This document shows, in pieces, positions 34,806 through 47,709 of a DNA stretch of 64,000 nt; within the stretch, counting starts at the first letter, position 1; the number at the start of each line of letters is the position of its first letter. Source of the stretch: Carcharhinus amblyrhynchos (Eukaryota); NCBI GenBank assembly GCA_965287045.1, contig OZ336888.1, positions 13,082,001 to 13,146,000 of the forward strand, read 5' to 3'. The notes under the pieces are model-generated. The model saw only the letters and a list, made by a program, of their open reading frames with translations. It was not told the DNA's origin and did no database searches. A program made the position numbers and the translations under genes.

Positions 34806-35313
34806 TACCTCACACTCTCATTAACCTCACCCTCTGATTAATCTCATACACTCATTAATAAGGGAGTGAGGTTAACAGTTGGATGAGGTTAATAAGAAAG
34901 TGAGGTTAATGGGTGTATGTGGTTAATAAAAGGATGAGGTTAATGAGAGTGCGAGATTATTCAGGGAGTGAGGTTAACCTCATATACTCATTAACCTCAC
35001 CATCTTATTAACCTCATACACTCATTAATGAGAGTGTGGGGTTAATGAGAGTGTGGGGTTAATGAGAGTGTGGGGTTAATGAGAGTGTGGGGTTAATGAG
35101 AGTGTGGGGTTAACCTCATAGACTTATTAAACTCACCCTCTTGTTAACCTCGTCCATTTATTAATCTCACCCTCTTATTAACTTCATATACTCATTAACC
35201 TCACTCCCTAATTAGCCTTATACACTCATTAACCTCATCCTCTTATTAACCTCATACACTTGTTAACCTCACTCCCTCATTAACCTCATCCAACCATTAA
35301 CCTCACACACTTC
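34806..35313. repeat. 17-bp minisatellite (TTAA + 13 nt), ~30 units, in five alternating-orientation blocks
   Basis: TTAA (two sites with one substitution) every 17 nt from 34821 to 35297 with no indel; five identical TTAATGAGAGTGTGGGG units at 35025-35109. Confidence 0.95.
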
Positions 35314-35446
35314 AATAAACTGACAGATATTTCTACTTCTTATTGATATTGAAGTCCGTAAAATCCAAACCGAAGGTCTGAAAAGAAGCTAGTTTTAACT
35401 GTTGATTGGAAATACTGATGTGACCTGTTCTTTTCCTTTTTTTCAG

Positions 35447-35521
35447 TCCCAGTGTGTAAGCCATGTGAAAAAGCAGTATTACAGCGGAACACTGATGATT
35501 GCTGTCCACAGTATGCGTGCG
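35447..35521 (+). CDS. vwf: VWF exon 40-equivalent (C1)
   Basis: 75 nt; VPVCKPCEKAVLQRNTDDCCPQYAC; GTATGT donor. Confidence 0.95.
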
Positions 35522-35947
35522 GTATGTATGGACACATCCAGCACTCATTAATGCTTTGTGATACTTGAACAGTAACAGACCACTGCAGCTCGTGTCTGAG
35601 TATTACATTAGCTAATAAAAGCTGGACAATACTTGTAAGATGAATGGATTATTCTTCTTCCTCAAATACTGAAGTAAATTTAGAACACTGTTTTGAAAAG
35701 GTGCTTATTTTTGAAGTTACATTTCGGATTAAAGAACTGAAGTGCATTAGCAAGATATTTTGTATGTACACATCACGTTCTTAGCTTCATTATATAGTCA
35801 AACAAGGATAGTTTATAGAATGATGAAAAGTACATTATTGATACTATTTTCTTAGCAAGCTTAGATCCTTTAGTTGTGCTATTTTGACGTCAATCCTCAT
35901 TGCACATGCAAATCTTTGTCTTTTTTTCACTCTATTGGTTCCTATCT

Positions 35948-37470
35948 AAGAACATAAGAACATAAGAAATAGGAGCAGGAGTAGGCCATCTAGCCCCTTG
36001 AGCCTGCCCTGCCATTCAATAAGATCATGGCTGATCTGTCGTGTCTCAGTTCCACATTCCTGCCCTCTCCCTGTAACCCTTAATCCCCTTGCCTATCAAA
36101 AACCTATCAACCCACGTCTTAAAAATATTTAGCGAGACAGCCTCCACCACTTCAACGGGCAGAGAATTCCAGAGATTCACCACCCTTTGAGTGAAGAAGT
36201 TCCTCCTCAACTCCGTTCTAAACCGCCCCCCCTTTATCTTGAGGCTGTGCCCTCTAGTCCTACTGTCCTTTCTGAGTGGGAAGAGCCTCTCCACCTCTAT
36301 CCTATCCATCCCATTCATCATCTTATATGTCTCAATGAGATCTCCCCTCATTCTTCTAAACTCTAACAAGTACAAGCCTAGTTTATTCAGCCTCTCCTCA
36401 TAGTTCAACCCCCTCAACTCCAGTATCAGCCTAGTAAACCTCCTCTGCACTCCCTCCAAGGCCAAAATATCCTTGCGTAAGTGCGGCAACCAAAACTGCA
36501 CACAGTACTCCAGCTGCGGCCTCACCAGTGCCCTATACAGCTGCAGCAAGACCTCCCTACTTTTATATTCAATCCCCCTTGCTATGAAGGCCAGCATCCC
36601 ATTTGCCTTCCTGACCACCTGCTGCACCTGCAGGCTGGGTTTTTGCGACTCATGCACAAGGACCCCGAGGTCCCTCTGCACCGTTGCATGCTGCAGTTTT
36701 TCGCCACGTAAGTAATAGTCCTTCCCACTGTTATTCCTACCAAAGTGGACAACCTCACATTTGCCAACATTAAATTCCATTTGCCAGTTCCTGGCCCATT
36801 CGCCCAGCCTATCTAGATCCTTCTGTAGACTCTCCACACCCTCCGCACAATTTGCTGTTTCACCAATCTTAGTGTCATCAGCAAATTTTGACACCATACA
36901 CTCGGTTCCCTCCTCCAGATCATCTATATAAATGGTAAATAGCTGAGGCCCCAGCACCGACCCCTGGGGCACTCCACTAGTCACCAACTGCCAATCCGAA
37001 TAGCACCCATTGACCCCCACTCTCTGCCTCCTATTTGACAGCTAATCCTCTATCCACGCTAACACCCTACCCCCAACTCCATGCCCCCTGACCTTCTGTA
37101 ATAACCTCTTGTGAGGTACCTTGTCAAACGCCTTCTGAAAATCAAGAAACACCACATCCACCGGCTCTCCTCTATCCACCGCCCTAGACAAATCCTCATA
37201 GAACTCCAATAAATTCGTCAGACATGACTTCCCCTTAACGAAACCGTGCTGCGTCTGCTCTATCAAGCAATTCCCCTCAAGATGCCTCGCTATTTTCTCC
37301 TTGATCACGGATTCTAACATTTTACCTACAACAGATGTTAAACTAACTGGCCTATAATTCCCTGCCTTTTGCCTGCCACCCTTCTTAAACAACGGCGTAA
37401 CATTAGCCATTTTCCAATCTTCCAGCACTTCCCCGGAATCCAGCGAGGTTTGGAAAATAATCACCAAGGC
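35948..37470 (-). mobile_element. Young 5'-truncated CR1 LINE; RT interrupted by one stop codon
   Basis: ORFs 37042-37515 and 36046-37020 are in the same frame, separated by TAG (WIED*); DFQKAFDKVPH, GVPQGSVLGP, KFADDTK; (AAGAACAT)n tail on the + strand. Confidence 0.96.
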
Positions 37471-38044
37471 AAGCTTTTTCAACCCTACAGCCCTTTGAGA
37501 TTTCTGCTCCTTCAATTCTGTCTCTTGTGTGTTGCCCTTTTATATCTTTGTACTTTTAGTATTAGTTCTTTCAGCTGTCTTCTTCCAAAGCTCTGGAATT
37601 ACCCTACTCAACTGCTCTGCCTCTCTGTCTCTTCTTTCTTTAAGATGGTGCTGATCACCTACCTCTGACCAAACTTTAGGTCATAACATCTTATGTGGCT
37701 TGATGTGAACTTTTGTTTGGTAATGCTCTTGTGAAGTACTCAGGGATGATTTACTATGCTAAAAGCGCTGTATCAGTGGAGGTAGTTGTTACAAAGGATC
37801 TATACTTGAGCTATCGGAAAGCAGATGTTAAATCTTTGGTGTGATGGCTGTATTCTGACCAAACTTGCTGGTTTCTGAGCAAGTTATGAACCAACAGCAG
37901 CAACTCATTCTGAGAAAGGAGAAAAACTATGAGAGTATGCAAACGTCCCTAGAATCCCAACACAATTTGCAAGCTGTCCATTCTGAGTTTAAAATAAGTG
38001 GTCCTCACTGCAACAAGATGTCCAAGAACTTGGACGCACACATC

Positions 38045-38430
38045 AAAGAACACAAAATATTACAGCACAGGAACAAGGCCTTCGGCCCTCCAAGCCTGCG
38101 CCGACCATGCTGCCCGACTTAACTAAAACCCCCTACCCTTCCACAGATCATATCCCTTTATTCCCATCCTATTCATGTATTTGGCAAGACTCCCCTTAAA
38201 AGTCACTACCACATCTACTTCCACTACTTCCCTCGGCAACGAGTTCCAGGTACCCACCACTCTCTGTGTAAAAAATCTGCCTCGTACATCTCCTTTAAAC
38301 CTATGCCCCCTAGTAATTGAGTCTTCCACCCCAGGAAAAAGCTTCTGACTATCCACTCTGTCCATGCCTCTCATAATCTTGTAGACTTCTATCAGGTCGC
38401 TCTTCAAACTCTGTTGTTCCAGTGAGAACA
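38045..38430 (-). mobile_element. CR1 LINE 3' fragment (same subfamily as 28183)
   Basis: ORF 38123-38440: SDLIEVYKIMRGMDRVDSQKLFP...FFTQRVVGTWNSLP. Confidence 0.88.
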
Positions 38431-38741
38431 TATGATTCATCCTGCAAACCTGTGACAGAAAAAAAGGACAAGCTAAACATTTCTAAACCTAAAGCAAAAT
38501 GCTACGAATGCTGTAAACATGAAATGGAAATAGAAAATTCGAGAAAGTACTCAGCAGGTCAGGCGACATCTGTGGAGAGAGAAACAGACTTAGTGTTTCG
38601 GGTCAGTGATTTTACATCAGATTGGAAGAATCAGAGATTAACAGGGTTTAAACATGACCAGGGGAAAGGGCAATTTCCAATAACACAACTGAACACTAAT
38701 GCATGAACCTTTGATGTACACTTCTAACCAAAGTATTGTGC

Positions 38742-38930
38742 AACACAAGCAGAAAATGTTGGAAAATCTCAACATGTCTGACAACATCTGTGGAGAGAGA
38801 ATAGAGGGTCATCCTGAATTAAAACATCACTTCTATTCTCTCTCCACAGATGCTGTCAGACTTGCTGAGATATTCCAGCATTTTCTGTTTTTATTTCAGA
38901 TTCCAGCATCCACAATATTTTGTTTTCATC
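38742..38930. mobile_element. Older fold-back Penelope-repeat insertion
   Basis: GAAAATGTTGGAAAATCTCAAC...CATCTGTGGAGAGAGAATAGA and TCTATTCTCTCTCCACAGATG...TTCCAGCATTTTC inverted arms, related to 785-1097. Confidence 0.65.
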
Positions 38931-39040
38931 GAAGTATCACAGAGACAGGAATCTCTGAGTGAGTTAGACAACGGCACATTAGTGTCTTGTGATTTTAAGG
39001 ACAAAATATTTTTGAAGAACCTCTGTTGCCAAAGTTGTTT

Positions 39041-39176
39041 GGCTGGAATTTTCCAGCAGTTCACACCCCGCCGCTGCTACAAGCGAGGACGGAGAATTTG
39101 GCGCTCAGCCAAATCTCCGATCACAGCAGCGGAACTGGAAAATCCCACCCATGTGAATGGCTGGAAAATTCCACCC
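39041..39176. mobile_element. 136-bp MITE with 24-bp imperfect TIRs
   Basis: GGCTGGAATTTTCCAGCAGTTCAC ... GTGAATGGCTGGAAAATTCCACCC. Confidence 0.75.
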
Positions 39177-39279
39177 GTTGGGTTATTTGTTCAATATTAG
39201 TTCACAGAGCTTTGGTTTAGTTAAGGTTCAGTAGAATAAATTACTGCTGTATACTGATGGATGTTCCCTGTTTCTGTAG

Positions 39280-39384
39280 TTTGTGATTTAGGGGACTGTG
39301 ATCAGCTACCTATCCCAAGGTGTGAAGATGGAAGTTCTCTAAAACTGAAAAATCCAGGGGAATGCAAGCCGATTTACGAATGTG
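39280..39384 (+). CDS. vwf: VWF exon 41-equivalent (C2)
   Basis: 105 nt; VCDLGDCDQLPIPRCEDGSSLKLKNPGECKPIYEC; GTGAGT donor. Confidence 0.95.
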
Positions 39385-39416
39385 GTGAGTTTGTGGCGAG
39401 TTTAATTATTTTATGC

Positions 39417-39728
39417 TGGGTGGCACAGTGATTAGCACTGCTGCCTCACAGTCCCAGGGACCCGGCTTCAATTCCGATCTCGGGTCACCTTCTGTGTGGA
39501 GTTTGCACATTCTCCCCGTGTCAGTGTGGGTTCCCCTGGGTGCTCCAGTTGCCTTCCACACTCCAAAGATGTGCGAGTTAGGTTGATTGGCCATGCAAAA
39601 TCAACCGTAATGTCGGGGAGAATGGCAGGGTAAATATGCAGGGTTAAGAGATTGGGGCCTGGGTGGGACTGTGGTCAGTGCAGACTTGATGGGCTGAATG
39701 GTCTCCTGCACTGTAGGGATTCTATGAT
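39417..39728 (+). mobile_element. V-SINE with CR1-type tail, ~30 nt after the exon 41 donor
   Basis: GGTGGCACAGTGATTAGCACTGCTGCCTCACAG head; CTGCACTGTAGGGATTCTATGA end. Confidence 0.87.
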
Positions 39729-39744
39729 TTTCATTCTTTATGTT

Positions 39745-39922
39745 TATTTTGATTTATTATTGTCACATGCATTGGAATGCAATGAAAAATATTGCTTCCT
39801 GCGCACCATACAGACAAAGAATATTGTTCATGGAGAAGGAAAGGTGAGGGTGCAGAATATAGTATGACAATCATTGCTACGGTGTAGAGAAAGGCCTACT
39901 TAATATAAGGTAGGTTCATTCC
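39745..39922 (-). mobile_element. Rex1/Babar 3' UTR fragment
   Basis: TTTGATTTATTATTGTCACATG...GGTGCAGAATATAGT shared with 20250 and 41258. Confidence 0.75.
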
Positions 39923-41257
39923 ATGCCATGTTTGCAGCTGTGCTGGGTACCAAGTGAAGGAAAATTGTAGACAGCTTTGCAAAGTTTCCTTCAGTTTGCT
40001 TTGGGGTTTCCTAATAATTTTAAACAGAGGAAACCTTCACAAATGCTTTTCGATGTTACTCTGTAAAGAGCAGAGGTGTAATAAGTTTATAAAGCAGTGC
40101 AATGTTTTTCTTTTGTTATATAACCCTTGCTCTAATTTTGGCTTCCTTAGAGTGGCACTATATATGGCATGGATTTTAATGAGTTCACATTTCAGGGGTA
40201 TGTTTCACACCTTTGCTGCCTTTGTATGTGGAAATAAGGGTCAGAATTAAGACTATAAAATGTTTTTGACTGTGCACTTGTCAGACAGATCCTCACCTAG
40301 CTGGAGTGCAGAACAGAGGGATTGTTGTGGGTAGCATACCCATGATTAAACCCTCCCTTTAATTGCCTTTCCTTCATATTTGAGGACAAACATAGAAACT
40401 AGAAGCAGGAGTAGGCCATTCGGCCCTTCGAGCCTGCTCCACCATTCATTTTGATCATGGCTGATCATCAAATTCAATATCCTGATCCCATTTCCCACCC
40501 CCCCTCCCCCCAATAGCCCTTTAGCCCCAAGAGTAGTTAACAGTACTTTGCTGAAAAGGTGCAAACAGCCACTAATTGGTTACTGTGCTAACTCAACATA
40601 TCAATATCTGGATTCAGCACACAGTTTTGGTCCTGACTGACAATTGCCTTGATTTGAACTTGCCTGGAGGTGCTAGACCAGAAACCTGCAGCTTTAACAC
40701 AAAACAGCATATCTGATACACTTCGTGGAGCTGCATATGAAGGCTCCAAGTACCCTCTTCCACAGGGATAGAGGCAAAGGGCACACAATTTTTCAGACAT
40801 GACACTGGACAAGAAGCTCAAGAAAAACAGTTCTGTCCCTTGTTTTGCAAGAAGTCCACCTCACCCTTCTGTCCCTCTCTCCTTTGCTTGGCCTCACGCC
40901 CTCCTCCCACTCCTCATCTAGATCAAGGGAGGGCTGCTAGCAAGATGCCCATATGCAATCTCTCCCTTTATCCTGGTGACTCCTGTAAGCTTTCCAGTAC
41001 TTAATTCTTTTCCGGTGAAGCCTTCAGAGACTTAGTGGAATAAATATTATTGGAATGTCGGTGAAGTCCTGACAGAGTGCCCCAGAAAAGTGCCTGATGT
41101 TTCTCAGGGGTTCTCCAGCAGTGATGAATATGAAATAGGAAACATCCCATTTAGTATTGCTGAAATGGACATCAACACCTTGTTTCCTCTCAGTCAGATT
41201 ATTGCTGTTCAGAACAATATTAACTCAAAACTTAAGCCAATAAAATTCTATGAAGTT

Positions 41258-41626
41258 TTGATTTGATTTGATTTATTGTTACATATATTAGTATACAGTG
41301 AAAAGTATCATTTCCTGAGCACTATACAGACAATGTATACCATTCATAGAGAAGGAAAGGAGAGAGTATAGAATGTAGTGTTACAGTCATGGCTAGGGTG
41401 TAGAGAAAGATCAACTTAATGCAAGGTAAGTCCATTCAAAAATCGGATGGCAGGAAAAAACTGTTCTTGAGTCAGTTGGTATGTGACCCCAGACTTCTGT
41501 ACCTTTTTCCTGACGGAAGAAGGTGGAAGGGTGAATGTCTGGGGTGGGTAGAGTCCTCAATTATGTTGGCTGCGTTTCCGAGGCAGCAAGAAGTGTAGAC
41601 AAAGTCAATGGACGGGAGGCTGGTTT
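41258..41626 (-). mobile_element. Rex1/Babar LINE 3' end
   Basis: (TTTGA)n tail, 3' UTR and degenerate LPSG-R-R C-terminal coding remnant. Confidence 0.82.
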
Positions 41627-42479
41627 CCTGAGTTGAGCACCAGCTGGCATTTTAAGTGGCAACCAGCAAGCTTGTGGATGGCCAGTCCTTCTTGGCACGG
41701 GTTCCAACTCTTTTACTAAGCAGAGTTTTGCTCTAACAGTGGGTGAAACCAATGTTTCAGCTCTGGATTCCATCTTGTCCATATCAGAACACACAGTACC
41801 AGAACGTACAGCCTGAAATCCTAAAACAGCAAATGAAGGCTAACTTCAAAAACACCTTAAAAACCATCCAACTCAATTTCTTTGTGAGTTTTAAGGTGTA
41901 TTGATGAAAGTTAATAGTATTCAGCATGTGATTGCTTCCTGGAACATTACTAACATGGAGAGCAAGCCAGGAATGCTGATGAGAATGTGACATTGATGCT
42001 CCTCAGCTCCCTTTCCCTCGATCCCTTCCTTTCTCTCTAAAGCACCTTTACCTGTTCCCTGGAGTATACAATGTTAGCACACAGCGCCAAATGTGGGTGT
42101 GCTGACACCCGCGATGGTGATTTGCCCAGGCTAAGGTAGAGCAAAGGAATAGTGCAGCCTATGAGGTTAAACTGAGGCTTTACCTGATGCAATTTTTCAA
42201 AACCACTTTAGCATTTTGGCTCAGATGAATGTTAGATCAAGTCTGGGAGGATTGCAATGCCACATTCTGTCAGCTTGGATTTTGTTGGATCAAGCCCAAG
42301 ATGGGATGCAAAGTCTTGCCTTGTCAGCTTGGATTTGGTTTGCCTCTCATGTGGAGATCATGATTGGACTTACTTCAATTCTAATCAGAAAAGCCAATTC
42401 AAATTCTCAAAAGCTACCAAAAAAAACTCAATAAACCTCAGAGAATATCAACTTGATTGTGAAAACAAAGTGAATTTCA

Positions 42480-43348
42480 TAAGAACATAAGAAATAGGAG
42501 CAGGAGTAGGCCATCTAGCCCTTTGAGCCTGCCCCGCCATTCAATAAAATCATGGCTGATCTGAAGTGGATCAGTTCCACTTTCCCGCTCTCTCCCCGTA
42601 ACCCTTAATTCCCTTGTCTATTAAAAACCTATCTACCCGTGACTTAAGTATATTTAGCGAGGTAGCCTCCACCACTTCAACGGGCAGAGAATTCCAGAGA
42701 TTCACCACCCTTTGAGTGAAGAAGTTCCTCCTCAACTCCAGTCTAAACAGTGCCCCCCCTTACCTTGAGGCTGTGCCCTCGAGTCCTGCTATCTTTTTTA
42801 AGCGGGAAGAATCTCTCTACCTCTACCCTATCCATCCCCTTCATTATCTTATATGTCTCTATAAGATCCTTCCTCATCCTTCTAAACTCCAACGAGTGCA
42901 GACCCAGTCTATTTAGTCTCTCTTCATAGTCCAACCCCCTCATCTCCGGTATCAGCCTAGTGAACCTCCTCTGCACTCCCTCCAAGGCCAATATATCCTT
43001 CCGCAAGTGCAGTGACCAAAACTGCACACAGTAGTCCAGCTGCAGCCTCACCAGTACCCTGTACAGTTGCAGCAAGACTTGCTACTTTTATATTCTGACC
43101 CCCTCGCTATAAAGGCCAACATTCCATTCACCTTCTTGATTACCTGCAGACTGGGTTTTTGCGACTCATGCACAAGGACTCCCAGGTCCCTCTGCACTGC
43201 AGCATGCTGCAGCTTTTCGCCTTTTAAATAGTAATCCCTCCTACTATTATTTCTGCCAAAGTGGATAACCTCACACTTGCCAACATTATACTCCATCTGC
43301 CAGGTCCTCACCCACTCGCTTAGCCAATCCAGATCCCTCTGCAGACTT
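42480..43348 (-). mobile_element. Young 5'-truncated CR1 LINE (same subfamily as 7596 and 35948)
   Basis: ORFs 43048-43311 and 42743-43075: WQMEYNVGKCEVIHFG...RLGLHSLEFRRMR. Confidence 0.94.
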
Positions 43349-43931
43349 TCCTTTTGATAATGGGTTTTTAGCTATTAAAAAAGAACCTTGAAAATGCCAT
43401 AGTAATGATACAAATTGCTGTTAATATTTTCCTTCCCACTTGTCTCTTCAGATCCTGCTTTTCCTGAACCCTTTGTGCTGGGCAATCTGTACCATGGAAA
43501 TAATAATCTGTACCTTTAAGCAAGTGGCCATTATTCTCAAATACACAGTGACTGACCTCTCTATTCAGTGGCAATCACAGACACTCCTAATTCTGTCATC
43601 ACAAAATCATCAAATGCGTACATTTCCAGTGAGCTGGTGAATGGGAAGGAGATTAGATACCCTGACCAATTTTTACCTGTTTAGCACGGGGTACTGAAAC
43701 AACTATAGTGCCCCTTCCAAGGCATTAGAATAAGGTTAAATTAGCATAGACTGGGGATCTGCCATTTTCTGGATAAACTTGAGTGAGCCACCCTCTGTGA
43801 TGATAGATTGAACAATTGGGAGAAATGTTGATTATCACTAATTCAATATTGCCACCATATGATTAAAAGTTTATTGTGCCAGTGGGTCCATAACAAAAAA
43901 AATCCATCTGCCAAATTTAGTCCTGTACCAA

Positions 43932-44175
43932 GATAAAAAGATACGGAAGTCTGAGTTCACATACCAAACGACTCAAGAACAGCTTCTTCCCTGCTGCCAT
44001 TAGAGTTTTGAATGGACCTACCTTATATTAAGTTGATCTTTCTCTCCTAGTTGTGACTGTAACACTACATTCTGTACTCTCTCATTTCCTTCTCTATGAA
44101 CAGTAAGCTTTGTCTATACACTGCTTTTCACTGTATTCTAATATATGTGACAATAATAAATCAAATCAAATCAAA
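43932..44175 (+). mobile_element. Rex1/Babar LINE 3' end
   Basis: KRYGSLSSH..KRLKNSFFPAAIRVLNG remnant; (TCAAA)n tail. Confidence 0.82.
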
Positions 44176-44309
44176 ATGCTGTGGTAAAACTCTCATCTCA
44201 AAGTTCTAACTATACTTTTTGAATGTCTCCAAGCTATAATCAACAAACATACATGTCAAAGGCAAATAGCTGCTTATAAAGACTAATCCAAGTGTTCTGC
44301 TGCTTTCAG

Positions 44310-44512
44310 ACTGCAATAGGAACGAGTGTGGAGCACAGCAAGTAACATGCCCACCTCACCGATCACTGTCCGTCATAAAGACGCAGTGTTGTGACAAGTA
44401 TGAGTGTGTTTGCAGCTGTAGCAATGAAATAATAAACTGCCCTACTGGATATTCAATCAAGTCGATAATAAATGACTGCAACTGCACCACATCCTATTGT
44501 GAACCTAATGAG
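44310..44512 (+). CDS. vwf: VWF exon 42-equivalent (C2 and C2-C3 loop)
   Basis: 203 nt; DCNRNECGAQQVTCPPHRSLSVIKTQCCDKYECVCSCSNEIINCPTGY...NDCNCTTSYCEPNE. Confidence 0.95.
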
Positions 44513-45753
44513 GTAACTGAACCGATGTATGTAACTGTCCTGAACCTCATTTTGTGTGTATCTTGAAGTGTATGGGTCTGTGAAGAAATGATACCGATGT
44601 GACACATTGAAGATATAGTGCTGTGAGGGGATATTAATGTGGGGAAAGATTGCTGATTGCAAGTTATTGTGATGTTAAATTACTGAGCGTATGTCACTGT
44701 GTCAGTTTGTAACAGTGGTGATATATTGGGGGCAGTTTTGCCAAAAAAAAACTAAGTGCCCAATGGGTGGGAAAACAGGGAGACATGCTGCCTGTTTTTG
44801 GCACTTAGCTGGTTGAACTTCTGGCACTCAGTGCACTGCAGTGTCCACCAGGGGATTCACACTGGTAATCCCATCCGAGACTACAGCATTAGTGTGCTGA
44901 GCAGACCGCTGGCTACCCTCCTGATCGCTGCCCTCCCAATAACTTCCCCAACCCTCCCCCCACCATCCACAAATGGTCAGCCCCAATTGCCCCACCCCCC
45001 CAAGGCCAGCCCCGATCGCTCCCTCTCCTTCCCCCAATGATCTGGTGAGCACCCCATCTCCCCAGCGTGACTGATTGGTCCACTCCAGAAGGCCCTGGCC
45101 CCTTGGCACTGCCCGATGGCCAAGGCTAGGGTGCCTGGTGGGCAGTGCCAAGGGGAAACTCTCTCTCCTGACCTTCCAGGGAAGCCTCAGTGGCCTCTGC
45201 AACACCAGTGAGGACATCATGCCTGGTCCCCATTGCTGGGGATCAGATTTAATCCCCACCGATAGCAGCCCCCCTCGGCAGGGTGGAAAACAGCGATCCC
45301 AGACGATACCATATTGGGTTCGCTAATGAGATTCAAATGTCAGCTTCTATATGGTAATTGTTTTCTGGTGCGGGGCTGATTATGCCATAAAAATGCCCCA
45401 GGGAAGTCTCGACCGGCTTCCCGTTTCAGCCCTTCCCCTACCCAATGGGCTCAGAAAATCATGCCCATTATCTTGAGCCTATGCCATTATAAGGGGGAAT
45501 CATCCTTGGCACAGTAGTCTCACTTTGCTCCCGAATCCAGAGTTTGTGGGTTCACTCTGCTCCAAGACCTGATCACAGCAATCTAGGCTGACACTTCAGT
45601 TACACATGCCATGTTGATCTAAATCAAGGTTGCTTGTTACTGTGGTTGTGTAACTGTGTGGAATATTATTGTATCAACAATATATGTACATATGCGGTAT
45701 GTTATCATTCTACAATGTTTGTGTACATGACATTTGATGCTTTCCATGCACAG

Positions 45754-45903
45754 GTTTGCATTCACAATGGTGTTGTTTATCTAACTGGAAGAACCTGGGA
45801 GGAATCTTGCCAGCAATGTTCTTGCACTGACAGGAAGGACAGCATCACGGGACTTTTTGCAGTGGAGTGTGTCACTAAATCCTGTAACAAAGATTGTCCG
45901 TCT
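45754..45903 (+). CDS. vwf: VWF exon 43-equivalent (C3)
   Basis: 150 nt; VCIHNGVVYLTGRTWEESCQQCSCTDRKDSITGLFAVECVTKSCNKDCPS; GTAAGT donor. Confidence 0.96.
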
Positions 45904-46254
45904 GTAAGTAGAAGTATGTTAGATGTTTTTTTATTACATAGAAGCATAAGGGAAACTCAAATCTCAACTGTGTTCACAATTACATAATGTCTTATGGAAT
46001 GTGCAAGGTATTTATGGTTTGCAATGTAATAGATAAGACGCAGCTTACTGCTTAACTTAACCAAATACAGAGCCAGCAATATTGGGCAAGTGTTGGGACT
46101 GAGATTTGCAACCTGTATGTAGGGCACAGGTTGAGACATCACTCCACTATATTTACCTAATTTGATCTCAATAACCGTGACTGTGACTTAGAAAGTAATC
46201 CATTGATTGATTGTGAAGTATGCTGGGGCATCCTGAGGATGTGATGAGGTGTTA

Positions 46255-47255
46255 CGTTCTTCATGTGAGGTTAGTCCCATGGAGCATGTAATAGAGAATC
46301 ACCTGCAATGGTTTCCCTTCTCGCCACCTCATTGTTATCTCGTGGGTCCCTCAAGATTTGTCCTTTTCTCCTTTTATTTCGCATCTACATTTTCCCAAAG
46401 TACAACATCAGGTTCTACATATGTGCCAACAACAGCCAGCTTTATCTCACTACTGCCTTTCACTTGTCAGTTTACTTGTCTAATATCTAGTACTGGATGA
46501 GTAGAAAATTCCACTAATTAAATATTAGGAAAACCATTATCTTTGATCTCCACCACACGTTTACTTCCCCAGCCATTTGTTCCAATTCTCTCCCTTGCCA
46601 CTGGCTCAGGCTGAACAAGTATAGCATCCTCTTTCACTCTGAGATGAGCTTCCAACTCCATATCTGCTTCCATCTCTGTAACATCCCCATCTAAGATCAT
46701 CTGCTGCTGAAATCCTCATCCATTCCGTTGTTACCTCTGGCCTTGGCTGTTCCAATGCTCACCTGGAAGGCCTCTCTATTTGCCTCGAGTGAGCACAGTT
46801 CCAACAACAGCCGGGAAGCTTGACACCATTCCAGACAAAGCAGTCTATTTGATGGGCACCCCATTCACCACTTTCAACATTCGCTCCATCCATCACTGAC
46901 ACACAATGACAGCAGTATGTAGCATCTACAAGACATGCTGCAGCAACGCACCAAGACTCCATTCATAGCACTTTCCAAACCCCCAAACTCGACTACCTAG
47001 TGGAACAAAGGCAATAGACACGTGGGAACATCATCACCAGCAAGTTCTGTTCCATGTCACACACCATTCCAATTTGGAACTATAGGGTTGTTTCTTCACC
47101 ATCACTGGGAAAATCCTGGTTCTCCTTCGGAATCTAAACCAGATGGGCTGCAGTGGTTCAAGATGATGGCACACCACCATTTTCAAAGGCAATGCGTAAT
47201 GGCCAACAAATGCTGCCCTTGCCCACAGTGCCAACACATAATGAACAAATAAAAC
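46255..47255 (+). mobile_element. Degraded L2/CR1-group LINE fragments
   Basis: YADD-region remnant (FYICANNSQLYL), KLDTI.DKA and MAHHHFQ C-terminus; the 3' end resembles the tail of the SINE at 61200. Confidence 0.55.
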
Positions 47256-47709
47256 AAGAAAGTCCTGAGTTTAGTTGTTCATCCATTGGGGTGATTTAAT
47301 ACTGTCACCATCAGGAAATGGTTTCGATTGAACAAGATTATTCCACATATAGGACAGCAGATTCAGCAGGACTGATGGCCATACCATCAGTCTGGGGTTA
47401 CTGGAACATCAGTATCAGAGTTGATCATGTTATAACACACCATGGGACTCCTGACAGTGGACAATATTCCAACATCAAGTGGAAAGTTAAGCCTGCAGCT
47501 TTCATTAGCCAGCCCCAAACATGGCTTCAAATCTTCCTCCCTTTCTACTCATCTGGAAGATGAATCAAAGACATTCAGCCATCAGCACTAGGTTGCTGTT
47601 GCAAAGGAAATGTTGTATTTGAGTTAACACCAATTATCTTTGCTGTGTTTGTGACAAACATGAGCCAGAGTTTGGACTTTTACCATTAAAAGTACCTATT
47701 CTTTCTAAG

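Noticed and set aside
34806-35313. CRISPR-like look (constant motif with variable cores at a fixed period)
   Set aside because: The period is only 17 nt, the cores are mutually homologous, there are no cas genes, and the context is a vertebrate intron; it is a minisatellite
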